Shown here: positions 23,785 to 36,064 of the stretch, one piece after another
Position numbering within the stretch: position 1 is the first letter of the stretch
Layout of the letters: every line of letters starts with the position of its first letter
Source of the DNA: Octopus sinensis
Lineage: Eukaryota
Assembly: GCF_006345805.1 (NCBI RefSeq)
Contig: NC_042997.1
Span: 51,088,001 to 51,152,000 of the forward strand
DNA length: 64,000 nt
Reading direction: 5' to 3'
Notes under the pieces: model-generated
The model's database searches: none
Told to the model about the DNA's origin: nothing
What the model saw: the letters and a program-made list of their open reading frames with translations, nothing else
Made by a program: the position numbers and the translations under genes

Positions 23785-23940
23785 TATTTTTGTTATTTTT
23801 TATTTGCCCTGTCCGTGTGAGCTAACAATCGTACTGACTTTCATGGGAAACATGTATTTTTGTGGTTGAAACCTTTTGGATTAACTGGTGCTAGAGTGAG
23901 CCATATAGTGACCACTCTCTTATATTTATTTTATTTATTT

Positions 23941-23991
<51 letters not shown>

Positions 23992-23992
<1 letters not shown>

Positions 23993-24118
23993 CTAGTGGG
24001 GTAGGCCGGTTTATTGGGTTATCATGGGGTAGCGGTAAAGAATACGCCTGCCACCCGTTTTCGGCGCAACGAAAACCCTAACCCTAAACACCGGGTGGGC
24101 GTATTCTTTACCTTCACC
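23992..24118. repeat. Short palindromic (MITE-like) element with (CCCTAA)2
   Basis: ggtaaagaatacgcc..ccacccg pairs with cgggtgggcgtattctttacc; inner hairpin gttttcg/cgaaaac. Confidence 0.5.
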
Positions 24119-24436
24119 TATATAAGTATGGATGTAGGTGTGGGAGAAAGCTTAAAGTTCACATCGTATTCGCAACTTGCGTCAACTTTTGTTTATCTGT
24201 CTTTTATTTTACACACACACACACATATGTAGGTATGTATTAAAGACAGCGAAAGAAGGGAAAGAGAGAAGAGATACAATATGTGTGTATGCGTCTTTTG
24301 TGTGTGGATGTGTGAATTGTGAAAATATAAACAACCAATATTATGTGTACATACGCACGCATCTTTGTAAAAATACAAAGCGGGAGTGACAGAGAGAGAA
24401 GAAATAGCGATGTAGAAATTATATTTGTTAACATAC

Positions 24437-24527
24437 CAACAATAACCAAGGCATTTCTAGCCGAAATTACAGCAAAGTTGGCGACCAGCAGTAAAGCAAT
24501 GGAAAATACGAAGTTTCGAGGCGCCAT
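24437..24527 (-). CDS. SGSH: SGSH coding exon 1 (signal peptide)
   Basis: MAPRNFVFSIALLLVANFAVISARNALVIV(G). Context gaaATGG; donor gtatgt; phase 1 joins exon 2 to give VIVGDDAGF. Confidence 0.93.
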
Positions 24528-24620
24528 TTCAAGTTTCTACATTTAGCTTCCGGGGGATCTTAAAAGCGATGTAGAAAGTTTATGTGTCAAAGTATCACAT
24601 ACATTTCAAAATTCATGCCT
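24528..24620 (-). promoter_or_regulatory. Probable SGSH 5' UTR/core promoter
   Basis: Unique sequence immediately upstream of the ATG; ETS-type CCGGAAG at 24553-24547. The TSS was not determined. Confidence 0.35.
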
Positions 24621-25446
24621 GTACATTTCCGCATTCGCACACATAGACAGAGGCGCGCACGTTGTCACATATAGACACACATACGCACGATCAAACACAT
24701 GCTCGAGCACACACACACGCACGCACTTGAGCGCTCGTGTATGTAGAGAAGCTGTTTATTGAGATCACTTTAAGACAGAAGCATTTAGACAGCAGAGACT
24801 GGTTGATAGCATTAAGCAGAGAATGGGGGGGGGGAGGGCACTAATAAACGATTGATAACATCATTCGAGACCATAAAAAGTGGTTTCCAGGATATGTGTG
24901 TGTGCGTGTATGCGTACACAACACACACACACAGATAAAGGCCAATATTTAAAAAAATTCTTATACATAAAATTACGGGATCTTTTCTTAAAGATCCCAT
25001 AATTTTTATAGATTTGTAACATCAAACAGAAACGTTGTAATACAGCGAATGGGGAAAGCATATACCTAAAACTAACTCTCACGAAGAGAAAGAATAAAGA
25101 CAAAATGCGTAGGATGATGACAATAATAGACACAATGTTGTAATGAAACCTGAAAATGAGTGACGTTGATAGATCGATGACCGATGTCAAGAAATCGAAG
25201 TAAATCAACATGAATACAACGGATCTATATGTCTGTAAGCTCATCACGCAAAAAAGAAAAGAAAGAAAAAGAGAAAGAAGGCCTATAAGAAGCGGCAATG
25301 AACGAAGTTTCAAGGAGTTCCAGTGAAACCATTTCGGTGTCGGTGTTCGACGGAAACTTTGATTTCATGAAACATTTAAGTTTGTTGGTAGGGGAGACAA
25401 TCGCTTCTAGATTAAGTGAAAGCGGATTGGAAGTTTCAATTTTAAA

Positions 25447-25838
25447 TCTCTCTCTATATAAAGTTGAAGTTGTCTGTGTATGGCAGGTTTGGTAGCCTTC
25501 AACTAACACTAACTCCTCCGAGACCCTGCGGCGCAAGTTGACCAAAATTGAGAGTATGATAGAAGAAGGCTTGCTCTTCCTTCCGTAGATGAAAAAATTC
25601 AAATCGGACCATGTTAACACCAAAAATTATTTACATCAAAAATGTGCTTTTTTTCTATGAAAATTCCTATTTTTTAAGATTTTTTGACTGCTGTGTCACC
25701 ATTTTTCGGTGTATTTCAACCAGAAAAATGTTCACTTAAAGAGAATAACAAGCTACATAATGCAAAATTTTTACTTTTCAAAAATTCCAATTCTAAAGGG
25801 TCGAAACAAACCCGAGCAACGCCGGGCGATACCGCTAG
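25447..25838 (+). mobile_element. Non-autonomous Helitron (second subfamily)
   Basis: A|TC...tatataaagttgaagttg 5' end homologous to 17151; same 3' hairpin; CTAG|T. Confidence 0.82.
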
Positions 25839-26039
25839 TCAAAGAATAAAGAAGGCGCACGGAATATTTGATATTTTCTTCTTAAACATATCTTTCAGTG
25901 ATTGGCGGCCATCGTGTAGCGCTGTCATCCTTGTTTGTAATCGTCAGTACAGTATAATGCGAGGCAAACTAATTACGCTAGATTAAACATTTTACGAAGC
26001 TAGAGAATTCATGTAGAGTGAAAATAGTTCACAGTTTAA

Positions 26040-26392
26040 AGGGGCATTCATGGAATGTTTATTTTTGTGTTCTTTTTCATCGTCATAAATCAATAGTTCA
26101 GCAATAGGAGAGAGTGAAATGAAAAATATTTAAGTGCATTTATGAACATTTGTCGGTTTAAATCAGTGTTGCTCAATCATATTTTGTCTCAATCATATTT
26201 TGCCCTTTGATTATTATTTTGCTCAGGTGGACTCTCATGGCCATTTGATGTTTAAAAAATCCTATTAAACTTTTATAATTAAACGTTATTAGGAATTGTA
26301 TAAAAAAAATTGTTAAAATATTTTGTGTATTCTAGAAGTATATATCCAATTTATTGTGCATAAAGTTTAACAACAAAATCTGATATGGACCT
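26040..26392. mobile_element. Possible Kolobok-like non-autonomous DNA transposon
   Basis: TTAA|AGG...CCT|TTAA termini; the TIR match is weak beyond that. Confidence 0.35.
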
Positions 26393-26529
26393 TTAAGGGC
26401 CATATGGACCAAAAGCCATATAGATCCCAGTTGCGAAACAATGTTTTAAAAAGTGAAAATGGCTACTCCACGATGTAATTGCTTCAGTTTCAACACACGG
26501 CCTCAGATTAAAACGATTCCCGCTACACA

Positions 26530-26930
26530 AAGAAATAAGAACCCACAATATGGTAGAAGCCATAGCCACTCATAATAAAAAGGAATACTAGAGGAATGTC
26601 GCAGTGAAGACCTCAATAGAATGTAAGCACCACAGACCTGATATAATGATTTGGGATAGAGAAGAGAAACTGTGCGCAGTTGTAGAAATTAGCTGCCCAG
26701 CGGAGGTTAACATAAAGCTGAAGATCAGTGAAAAAGAACACCTATGTTGAACTATTGAGAAATCTGCAGTTAATCTATCCAGATTACAAGTTCAGGTTTA
26801 TGGGCCCTGGGATATGTGACACACTGCCTAAGTACCAATCTTGAGAAATTAGGCTTCTCAAAACCAGAAAAGAGAAAGCTAATTCAAAGACTACAGACCC
26901 AGTCCATTGCTGGAATTGTAAAAATTTTAA
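26530..26930 (+). mobile_element. 3' fragment of another REL-endonuclease LINE
   Basis: Decayed HRPDIMIWDREEKLCAVVEISCPAEVNIKLKISEKE...LGYVTHCLSTNLEKLG. Confidence 0.7.
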
Positions 26931-27025
26931 ACTTTCCAGAAGTTTATTATTTAAATATATTTGGGCATGTCTAGATCTGCAACTATATACATGCGAATAC
27001 ATACATAAGGCACACAAATCTGCAC

Positions 27026-27064
<39 letters not shown>

Positions 27065-27110
27065 CATACATACATACATACATACATACATACATACATA
27101 CATACATACA

Positions 27111-27144
<34 letters not shown>

Positions 27145-28110
27145 CAAAAACACACTGTTGTTGATGTTGAAATTCCAATGAAGGAGCCTTGGATCTTTAT
27201 TGATGAGAAATCTTGAAATAAACTGAAGAATGACATACATACATGGACGCATGCATACATACATATATACATACATGCATAAATACATATATACATTCAT
27301 GCATACATACATGCATAATACACATATACATGCATACACACATTCATGAGTGTGTATGATACACACAGATATTCTTCATGATATATATATGATTTACATT
27401 TGTGCTTGCTAATCGTTACGTTACAACACTCATAGCAGAACGGTGAGTTTGCGTAACTTATTCCAAGTATTATTCAAGAACATTGAAATGTCTTTTTTAT
27501 ACGATTTCATGGCTTGTCTAACAAGAACTAATTTTCGTAACCACGAAACTGAAGTTTATGTCCACAGCATTTGTGTCACTCGGTCTGGTCTCTGAGCAAT
27601 AACGACTGAACAGAGGATAGATTTACTAATCGATAAATATATTTATCTACAATATAAATTGGTTCATAAGAACTACACACATTATTATATAGTTAAAAAC
27701 ACTTTCGAAATTTAAAAGGAACTAGTGATTGATGACAAACGTCAGTTAATGAAGCTCACAAAACGGAATGTGTTCATGTTTTCCGAGAAGTGAATTTAAA
27801 GATTTATGATAAGGACCCTTCATTATTCACCTACACCTTAGTTGACTCGTTAGAGTTTACATCACTTCGCTGCAAATAAGATTAATTAATTTTGTGCTTC
27901 CAGGATTCACAGAGTGATCGCCTAAAGATGTTGATATGGGAGGTTATTTTTGTTGGGGTCACATAGTATAATAATCCTTAGACTGAAGCTTTGAGAGGGA
28001 GAGAGAGAGATGATGATGATGAGAGCTGTGGTGTTGAGGTCCATCGAATGCTTGCATTTTTATTCTCTCATACACCAATACTGTTTTATATTAACATATA
28101 TTTATGAATA

Positions 28111-28954
28111 TTCAATTCTAAGTTAACCGACCAAATAAAATAAGAATTTATTGTACATTGTACATACACATATGAATGAATGTATGTGTGCGCATACATT
28201 CATAAGCAGAGGCATAAAAGCACACACAAACACGTATAGAAGAAGAAGAATGTTTGGTGGATTAGAAGTATCATTCTTATATATATAAATATACTAGCTG
28301 AAGGTGACCCGCTCTACACGCGGGTAAGAGTGTGGTATGTATATATAAATGTATACAAATTATATATATATATATATATATCCGTAATAATGAAGGGTGA
28401 AATTAATTAATTTGGAAAAATTATCAATTACACCAAGTAGTCTTCGGCATGTAAAAGCCTCATTCGAGGAAAATTTAAGTAATACTAAGCAATAAGGGTT
28501 TAGCAACGAGTTGCCTTACCACATACCGAATTTAGAAATAGCAGTCAAAGGGTTATAGCTATTTCTTCTACTAAGAAAGAAGAAATAGCTATAACCCTTT
28601 GACTGCTATTTCTAAATTCGGTATGTGGTAAGGCAACTCGTTGCTAAACCCTTATTGCTTAGTATATATATATATATATATATATATAGAAAATAGTAAA
28701 AAGTGAAAAAACTACAGAAGGCTTGTTTTAAAAGGTTAAAAAATATATATTTGAGTCATTATGTCAGAAGAATGTTATAAATTTTTTTCATACAGTGACA
28801 TAGTTTTTGAAAACTTATACACGAAACCGGTAATTCATTCAAAAACTATGTCACTATAAAAAAAATTTATAACATTCTTCTGACATAATGACTCAAATAT
28901 ATATTTTTTAACCTTTTAAAACAAGCCTTCTGTAGTTTTTTCACTTTTTACTAT

Positions 28955-28989
<35 letters not shown>

Positions 28990-29440
28990 TGTATACATTT
29001 ATATATATATACCACACTCTTACCCGCGTGTAGAGCGGGTCACCTTCAGCTAGTATATTTATATATATAAGAATGATACTTCTAATCCACCAAACATTCT
29101 TCTTCTATACGTGTTTGTGTGTGCTTTTATGCCTCTGCTTATGAATGTATGCGCACACATACATTCATTCATATGTGTATGTACAATGTACAATAAATTC
29201 TTATTTTATTTGGTCGGTTAACCTAGAATTGTAGTTGCACGCAACACATCTAGATGATACATTACAATGAATTGAGAAATTTGAAAACTTATACACGAAA
29301 CCGGTAATTTCTTCAAAAACTATGTCACTGTATGAAAAAAATTTATAACATTCTTCTGACATAATGACTCAAATATATATTTTTTAACCTTTTAAAACAA
29401 GCCTTCTGTAGTTTTTTCACTTTTTACTATTTTCTATATA
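28111..29440. repeat. Complex of nested inverted duplications at the Helitron 3' junction
   Basis: 28111-28380 is inverted at ~28970-29231; hairpins at 28485-28665 and 28688-28960; a third arm copy at 29276-29440. Confidence 0.85.
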
Positions 29441-29475
29441 TTCAACCACGTGCTTTCACACACCAACTTTCTCAC

Positions 29476-29548
<73 letters not shown>

Positions 29549-32500
29549 CAGATATATACACTTTGTATATATTCATTATTATATATACATATTTATATAT
29601 AGATACACACACACACACATATATAAATTAACCCAATAAATATCTGATTCATAATATTTGTTGTCATGATTGTGTGGTGGTGGTGGCGATGATAATTCTC
29701 TCTATGAATGCAGACAGACGTAGAGAGTGAGAGTGTGTGAAAGCGCTGTGGAAGGCAGGGGGGGATAACGGACGCTGTGAAACGACGTTATAAAGAGAAA
29801 GTGAATGTAAGGGAGGTAGACGCTGTGAAACGACGTTATTGATAGAATGTGAAAGGAAGGGAGAAAAGAGAGTGAGTGATGGAGGAAGACAGATACATAA
29901 AAGAATGAAAAGTGGGTGATGTTTTGTTTGTTGGACCAATGTATTAAGGTAGTATTGTGTTATTGTTTTAAAACGAAAGAGGCAATGTGTTTGTTTCAAA
30001 AATAAAAAAAGACAAACGTCTGCCAATGGGAAGACAGTTCATATTCGATTAGAGCACTCTGGGTATAATCATAAAAGTGAAAAATGGAATTTCGGTGGCG
30101 GATATTGTAGAGGACTCTAAAAAAAAGAAGTTTTTTAACCTGCAGGAAGATAGTTTAAACCAAAAAAGGCAGAATGTAAACTCACATCTGTAATAGTGTA
30201 TGAAATTAGAATTCACACCCAGCTCAGTTTTGTAGAAAGAGTATCACGACGTGAACTCATGAGTTGAGAGTTTGACTGAGAGAGTTTATATGGTGACACA
30301 TGCCAGTCCTTTCGACACCACCTAACTAATAAAATGTAATTAACAACTCATTCACTTAATGAATGTCTTATGTTAGCGAAGAAACAATAACTTGACAAAA
30401 CCGTTTAATGGAGACGTAGAAGGAATCGAAAAATGGGGAATAAAGAGAATGAGTTGGATCAAATGTTTGCAAACATCTGAACCCAATGTTCTTTATGAAC
30501 CATGTTCTTTTTAATGTCTTTATTTTCAAGAACAAAGAGATAATGAAGAAGTGCAAAATAAAAAATCAAGCAAAATTTCATGACTTACAATCAGTTTTCT
30601 TTTGTCAGAGCCTTCCTGATAAACCACGTTCCTTGTGCGCTCATGATTGCCAAGAATGAAGAGTTTATGTGGATTTCCACCTCGAGAACAGGCTACGTAC
30701 AATTGACCATGACTGAAAACCGGTTGTGACAGGTTAATGCCTACAATGTCCAGTGATTGTCCCTGTGACTTGTTGATTGTCATCGCGAAGCATAGTTTTA
30801 TCGGAAATTGAAAGCGTTTAAACTGAATGGGAACATCAGAGGGTGAAATACTCATTTTATGTATCATCTTGATTGTTCCTACAAATAGTCCACTCAAAAT
30901 TTCAGCAGTTATAACATGGCTTTGAATCCTCCTTATAACCATTCGGGTTCCATTGCATATTTCAGGCGTTTCCATATTTCTGAGCACCATGATTGGAGCA
31001 CCAACTTTCAAACACAAATGATGAGGTAGAAGTCCCGGAGGTGTTAGCTTGTTGAGTAGCTCGGGTGGATATTTGACTGCATCATTCTCATCTTTATTTG
31101 TATCGATGGACATGAAAGAAATTATCTCACCAGGAATCATATCAAGTACTTGTTTATTTGTAGCATTAGCTGTTGTATTATGAGGCGATAGAATAGCTCT
31201 TGCTCTTAGCCAATCGAGATCCTGGAAGTTGGTTTCGACGTCAGGTAAAATGGCTCTTATAAGTTCTTCTACATTTGGAACGAAATTCCCAAAAGGCAAC
31301 CGAATATGCTCATCATCAACGAAAGGCAAAACTCCATCACCAAGATCTAATAGGTGTTTTGCGAAAGCCTCAGACTCCACATCACCATGTAGGCGGACTC
31401 TCATGTTTGTTTGAAGATGGCGACTGATAACACTGTGCCACACATAAGAATGCTTTATACATGCATTAACCTCATCGGCTCTAGTGCCTGCTCGGACAAC
31501 AGGAAGAGTTTGTCGAAAATCTCCTGCCATGAGAAACGTAGCTCCACCCATTATTTTTGTATTGTGACGCAAATCTTAGAGAGTTCTGTCAAGAGCCTCA
31601 AACATGGCCTTATTACTCATTGTAGCCTCATCCCAAATAAAAAGACTGCATTCACGAAGAAGTCTTGCTCTTGAGGAACTACGATCTATATTACATATAG
31701 GAGTATCTTTCTTTCCAATGTCCATGGGCAATTTGAATGCACTATGTGCCGTACGGCTGCCTTGAAGCAGTGTCGCTGCAATACCACTTGAGGCACATGC
31801 AATGGCAATTCGACGTTCTGCGCGCAACTTTGCGAGAATCAAATTGATAACGAAAGTTTTACCAGTACCACCTGGAGCATTCAAAAAGAAAAGCTTTCCT
31901 TGGTTCAATCTAACGCTGTCAATAATTTCATTATAAATCTCTCTTTGTTCAGGCAAAAGTCTTGGTTCCGTCAATTCGGCAATGTTGTAGTTTTTTCTGA
32001 CATGTATTCAACATCCAAAGGCGCTTCGTGATGGACAGGTGTTGGCAGATGGAATTCACTTAAACCGCGTATAACATAGCGTCTGATGTGTCTGTCCATG
32101 TCGATTAATGCCTCATTATAAACATCGTCGTTGCCATCACGTAGCGTTAAATTAGCCTGTATGTCCTTTGATAGGCTCTGTCTGAACGATTCCCAAAGGT
32201 TAAGAGGGTTGCTGGGATTACAGTGGATTAATATGCTACAAAACAATCGACGCATTTGCCATGGCAGTTTACAATTTGAGGCCTCTGCTAATGTCCTGTG
32301 TAAGTGGTCGTCATTGAGAAGAAGTCCGCGCCTCAAACATGCTTCCCTGTAAGTGGCGCAGATGATACCATCAACCGTGCGAAGATCAGAAAAAGACTTC
32401 GGTCAAGTAACTACATGAAGTAGCATTCTCAAAAAGAAGATTTCCTGTTTGGTAGGATGAATATTATACACACGCCCAATGACGTTCTTCCTAGAAACAC

Positions 32501-33809
32501 CGGGCCAATTGTCAAGTTCTGTTCCATGTGACCTGCGCTTCCAATTATTGTTGTTGTATGTGTAATATTCCGGTACTTCAGGGTAAATGAGAGTAGCAGC
32601 AAACTCATCAACTGAACACAATTAAAAAAATGCTGTAAGCGTAGTCCCTTTTGGATTTTCAATGACTTGACGTGCATTTTTCTCTGTGAAGTAAACCAGC
32701 TGTCTCTTCTGTAAATGAACATTCAGGTGGAAAACTGATGGTGAGCTTAGATGAATCTCGTATCCAAAAATGCGCCACGCTGCATAATTGGAGGATACAT
32801 ACCTACCCAAAACGAATTGTTTAATTTCGTCATGTCTAAGGTCTTCATCACTGAACACAAACACGGCCATATCATCGCCCTTATTAATGTACTTGCAGAG
32901 GTATTGTATGCATCTCACCGAACTGCAGTACTCAACATTAATGTGTGCATTAAATGTTTTGGAAAGCAAAGGGTTGAATGGAACGATCAGGCATTATCAA
33001 CATCGAATGTTTTTAACCGTTGTATTTTGCAATGTAAACATGATTTGTTTTAAGAGAAAGATTGTCATGATTGTGTGTTGGGGGTGGTGGTGGTGGTGGC
33101 GATGATAATTATCATTAGGAAAAAGAGTGAGTGAGTGAGGAAGACATATACAGAAGTTGTGGCGATGATAATTCTAGACCCCTTTTCACATTTTGATTAA
33201 TAGAACCCGATTTCATTCGGGTCTACTGGGGCTACATATAGGTGTGTGTGTGTGTGCACGCTGTAGAAATTAAATTAGAGATAAAACCACTAATAGGCAA
33301 ATGAAACAGTAAAAAACCAAAATCAAAAACATAAAAATAAAAATATAATCTTAGATATATGTATATGTGTGTGTGTGTTGACAGGTAGACAATAGAATGC
33401 GATTGCGATGGCGATGGAATATTTGTTTCTGTCTATGAACGCAGACAGATACATAAGTGAAAGTTATGGGAAGATAAGAGATAGAGTGAGTGAAAATGTT
33501 CTGGTAAGAGAGGAAATAGCGAGAGTGAGTTGATGAAGACATGAGGAAGACTTATACGTTAAATAACGAGAGTGGACTTGTCAAAGTTATATATGAAGGG
33601 GAGTGAGAGGGTAATGGAGGAAATAGCGTGAGTGGGGAAGATGACCCCTAGCAACCACACCTTTTAAGATAGGGATTTCTAAGGTAGCCCACGGGCATCG
33701 TCACCTCATTCAACATGTCCCTGTAAATTTTGGAGCGAATCGGACGGGATGTAGTGGCATTGAAAGCGGTCCAAGTGGTAAAAACGCATTTCAGTTTTAT
33801 ATATAGAGA
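28294..33809 (-). mobile_element. Internally deleted Helitron
   Basis: 5' A|TCTCTATATATAAAA at 33809; 3' hairpin cccgcgtgtagagcggg plus CTAG|T at 28294; RepHel fragments inside. Confidence 0.8.
30526..33053 (-). pseudogene. Helitron RepHel pseudogene (end of Rep plus PIF1 helicase)
   Basis: AHINVEYCSSVRCIQYLCKYINKG, FFLNAPGGTGKTF, IWDEATM, GDFRQTLPV, FAMTINKSQGQSL, GQLYVACSR; several frameshifts; N-terminal HUH region not seen. Confidence 0.93.
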
Positions 33810-33844
33810 TATATATATAATAATAATATTAGGGAATAAATCCA

Positions 33845-33957
<113 letters not shown>

Positions 33958-34014
33958 CATTATTGGTGAATTGAAGAAATGGAGCTGAACGCAGATTGAA
34001 CAGAAATCGTTTTA

Positions 34015-34103
34015 TTTCATTCTACACGTGTTTCGAAAGGCACAAATTACCAAAATCCGATTGAATAATGGGACCATATTGTGTCTTTCTCTTCAGGAAG
34101 AAA
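34015..34103 (-). ncRNA. Type I hammerhead ribozyme (mirror copy)
   Basis: Reverse complement of 34279-34367. Confidence 0.8.
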
Positions 34104-34278
34104 AAAGGAAATCCGTTGGAAAAACAAAAACAGAACAGAGGCGGAGCAAAAACCAAATCGAACTGTGCTCCTAAGAGCCCATGGCGAAAGAGTTTCGCCA
34201 TGGGCTCTTAGGAGCACAGTTCGATTTGGTTTTTGCTCCGCCTCTGTTCTGTTTTTGTTTTTCCAACGGATTTCCTTT

Positions 34279-34367
34279 TTTCTTCCTGAAGAGAAAGACA
34301 CAATATGGTCCCATTATTCAATCGGATTTTGGTAATTTGTGCCTTTCGAAACACGTGTAGAATGAAA
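34279..34367 (+). ncRNA. Type I hammerhead ribozyme
   Basis: Stem I tttcttc/gaa(t)gaaa; CTGAAGA 34286-92; stem II gaaagacacaa/ttgtgcctttc (11 positions, 1 mismatch); GAAA 34348-51; palindromic stem III ACACGTGT; GTA cleavage after 34359. Confidence 0.8.
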
Positions 34368-34575
34368 TAAAACGATTTCTGTTCAATCTGCGTTCAGCTC
34401 CATTTCTTCAATTCACCAATAATGTTTTAATTTCAATTATCCGCACCAACGCACGGTTGCAACGCCAGATGGTTGTACCTCCAACCGTGCTGTTTACTGC
34501 TGTGATTTTTGCTACTAAGGTATCGGTTAAACTTTTGATTAATCTACTACAAGATTATTCATCTTTCTATTTCAC

Positions 34576-34618
<43 letters not shown>

Positions 34619-35684
34619 AAACAACAAAACAAAAAATGTAACAAGAACGTAACAACAGACGACGACAAAACATTCGGACAGTAAGACGATACGAAAAAGG
34701 ACAGGAAAAAAAAACAAGGACGGGTCATTCGGAGCTTTCAAACTTCAGTCGAGTACCAGATAGTCTTTGCAGTTTCGGCCGATATATATATATAATCGTT
34801 TTTGTATTTGTTTTGCTAGATCCTTGATTTGAAGCTGTGGGTTGAAATAAATATTTTTGTAAATTGGAAGAGTCATTTTATTAAGAAGCGGAAACATTAT
34901 CGATAAGACAGCAACGGAAGGACTCTGACGATCAATCAGTTGATTAGTTGATAATTGTCTTACTAGTTGAATGATCGGTGATCTGGTGGAATCGTTAGAG
35001 CGTAGGACAAATAAGGATCTTTACATTTTCATTTCAAATCCCGCCGAGGTAAAATTTGTCTTTCATTCATCTGGGTTCAATAAAAAATAAAGTATCCATG
35101 AATTACTAGGCTCGATGGTAACGGCTAACTCCCCTCCTCAAATTCGCAGTAAACAGAAAGCTTAATTCTGAATTAGAAACAATTAATTTGGTCGATATAA
35201 TCGATTAACCTCCCCCAAAAAGCGTGATCTTGTACCTAAATTAGAAACAGATGTTGGCGTATTTTGAAATAGTCAGACGTGTTTTCGTTTCGTTCTTCCA
35301 ATATGGTGGATTTTGAAGTGAAAGTACGTAAAAGCAGATTCTTAAATGCGGTATTTCTGAAAGGAATTGTTGGAATTTAATTGTTTACAAAACTTTTTCA
35401 CTGTTTAATTTGTGGGGAAAATTTTTTTTCGATTACTTGTAAACAAACACAATATTTACAGTGTCTAAAAGCGTCCGTTCTAAAATAAAATTCGAGCGAA
35501 AATAAACACGTTCTTACATACAGTAAACAGAAGAACAGAAAGAAAGCAAAATCAATTACTCAGCAGAATGTATTTATTTCACAAGAAAGAAAATAATGAA
35601 TTTCTGACGGAAAATGCAATCCTTTTGGATAATTCAAACAACACAAATCTCAGTAGCAGCAAGAGCGGCTCTAATACACACGAA

Positions 35685-35923
35685 TGAAAATAACAATAAT
35701 AATAATAACAACAACAACAATAATAACAATAACAATAATAATAACAATAATAATAATAATAACAACAACAACAACAATAATAACAATAACAATAACAATA
35801 ATAATAATAATAATGATAATAATAATAATAATAATAATAAAAATAATGATAATAATAAGAATAATGATAATAATAATGATAATAATAATAATAATGATAA
35901 TAATAATACTAATAATAATAATA

Positions 35924-35961
<38 letters not shown>

Positions 35962-35999
35962 TTAAAAATAATATATTAATAATAATAATATTAATAATA

Positions 36000-36031
<32 letters not shown>

Positions 36032-36064
36032 TTAATAATAATAATAATAATGATAATAATAATA
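35685..36064 (+). repeat. (AAT)n/(AAC)n array; further arrays at 38637-38690, 38880-39005, 41795-42234, 46198-46560, 51052-51161, 51473-51600
   Basis: Seen directly in the sequence. Confidence 0.97.

Larger units (their letters stand above)
22961..23935. repeat. Penelope-type pLTR insertion with nested inverted duplications (A-B-A'-X-B'-A')
   Basis: 22961-23155 is inverted at 23333-23524; 23095-23332 is inverted at 23688-23930; flanked by (TA)n. Confidence 0.8.

Noticed and set aside
24071-24087. Interstitial telomere
   Set aside because: Only two CCCTAA units, inside a short palindrome.
24861-25623. Minus-strand ORFs 24861-25313 and 25225-25623 as genes
   Set aside because: No recognisable homology, low-complexity composition, and the second lies partly within a Helitron.
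27430-27965. Possible plus-strand exon boundaries (cg|gtgagt at ~27445; ttttgtgcttccag| at ~27903)
   Set aside because: Splice-like motifs alone, with no supporting ORF or homology.
28425-28480. Minus-strand gaatga-ggc..gcc-gaagac hammerhead-like stretch
   Set aside because: The core does not match CUGANGA/GAAA and there is no stem III.
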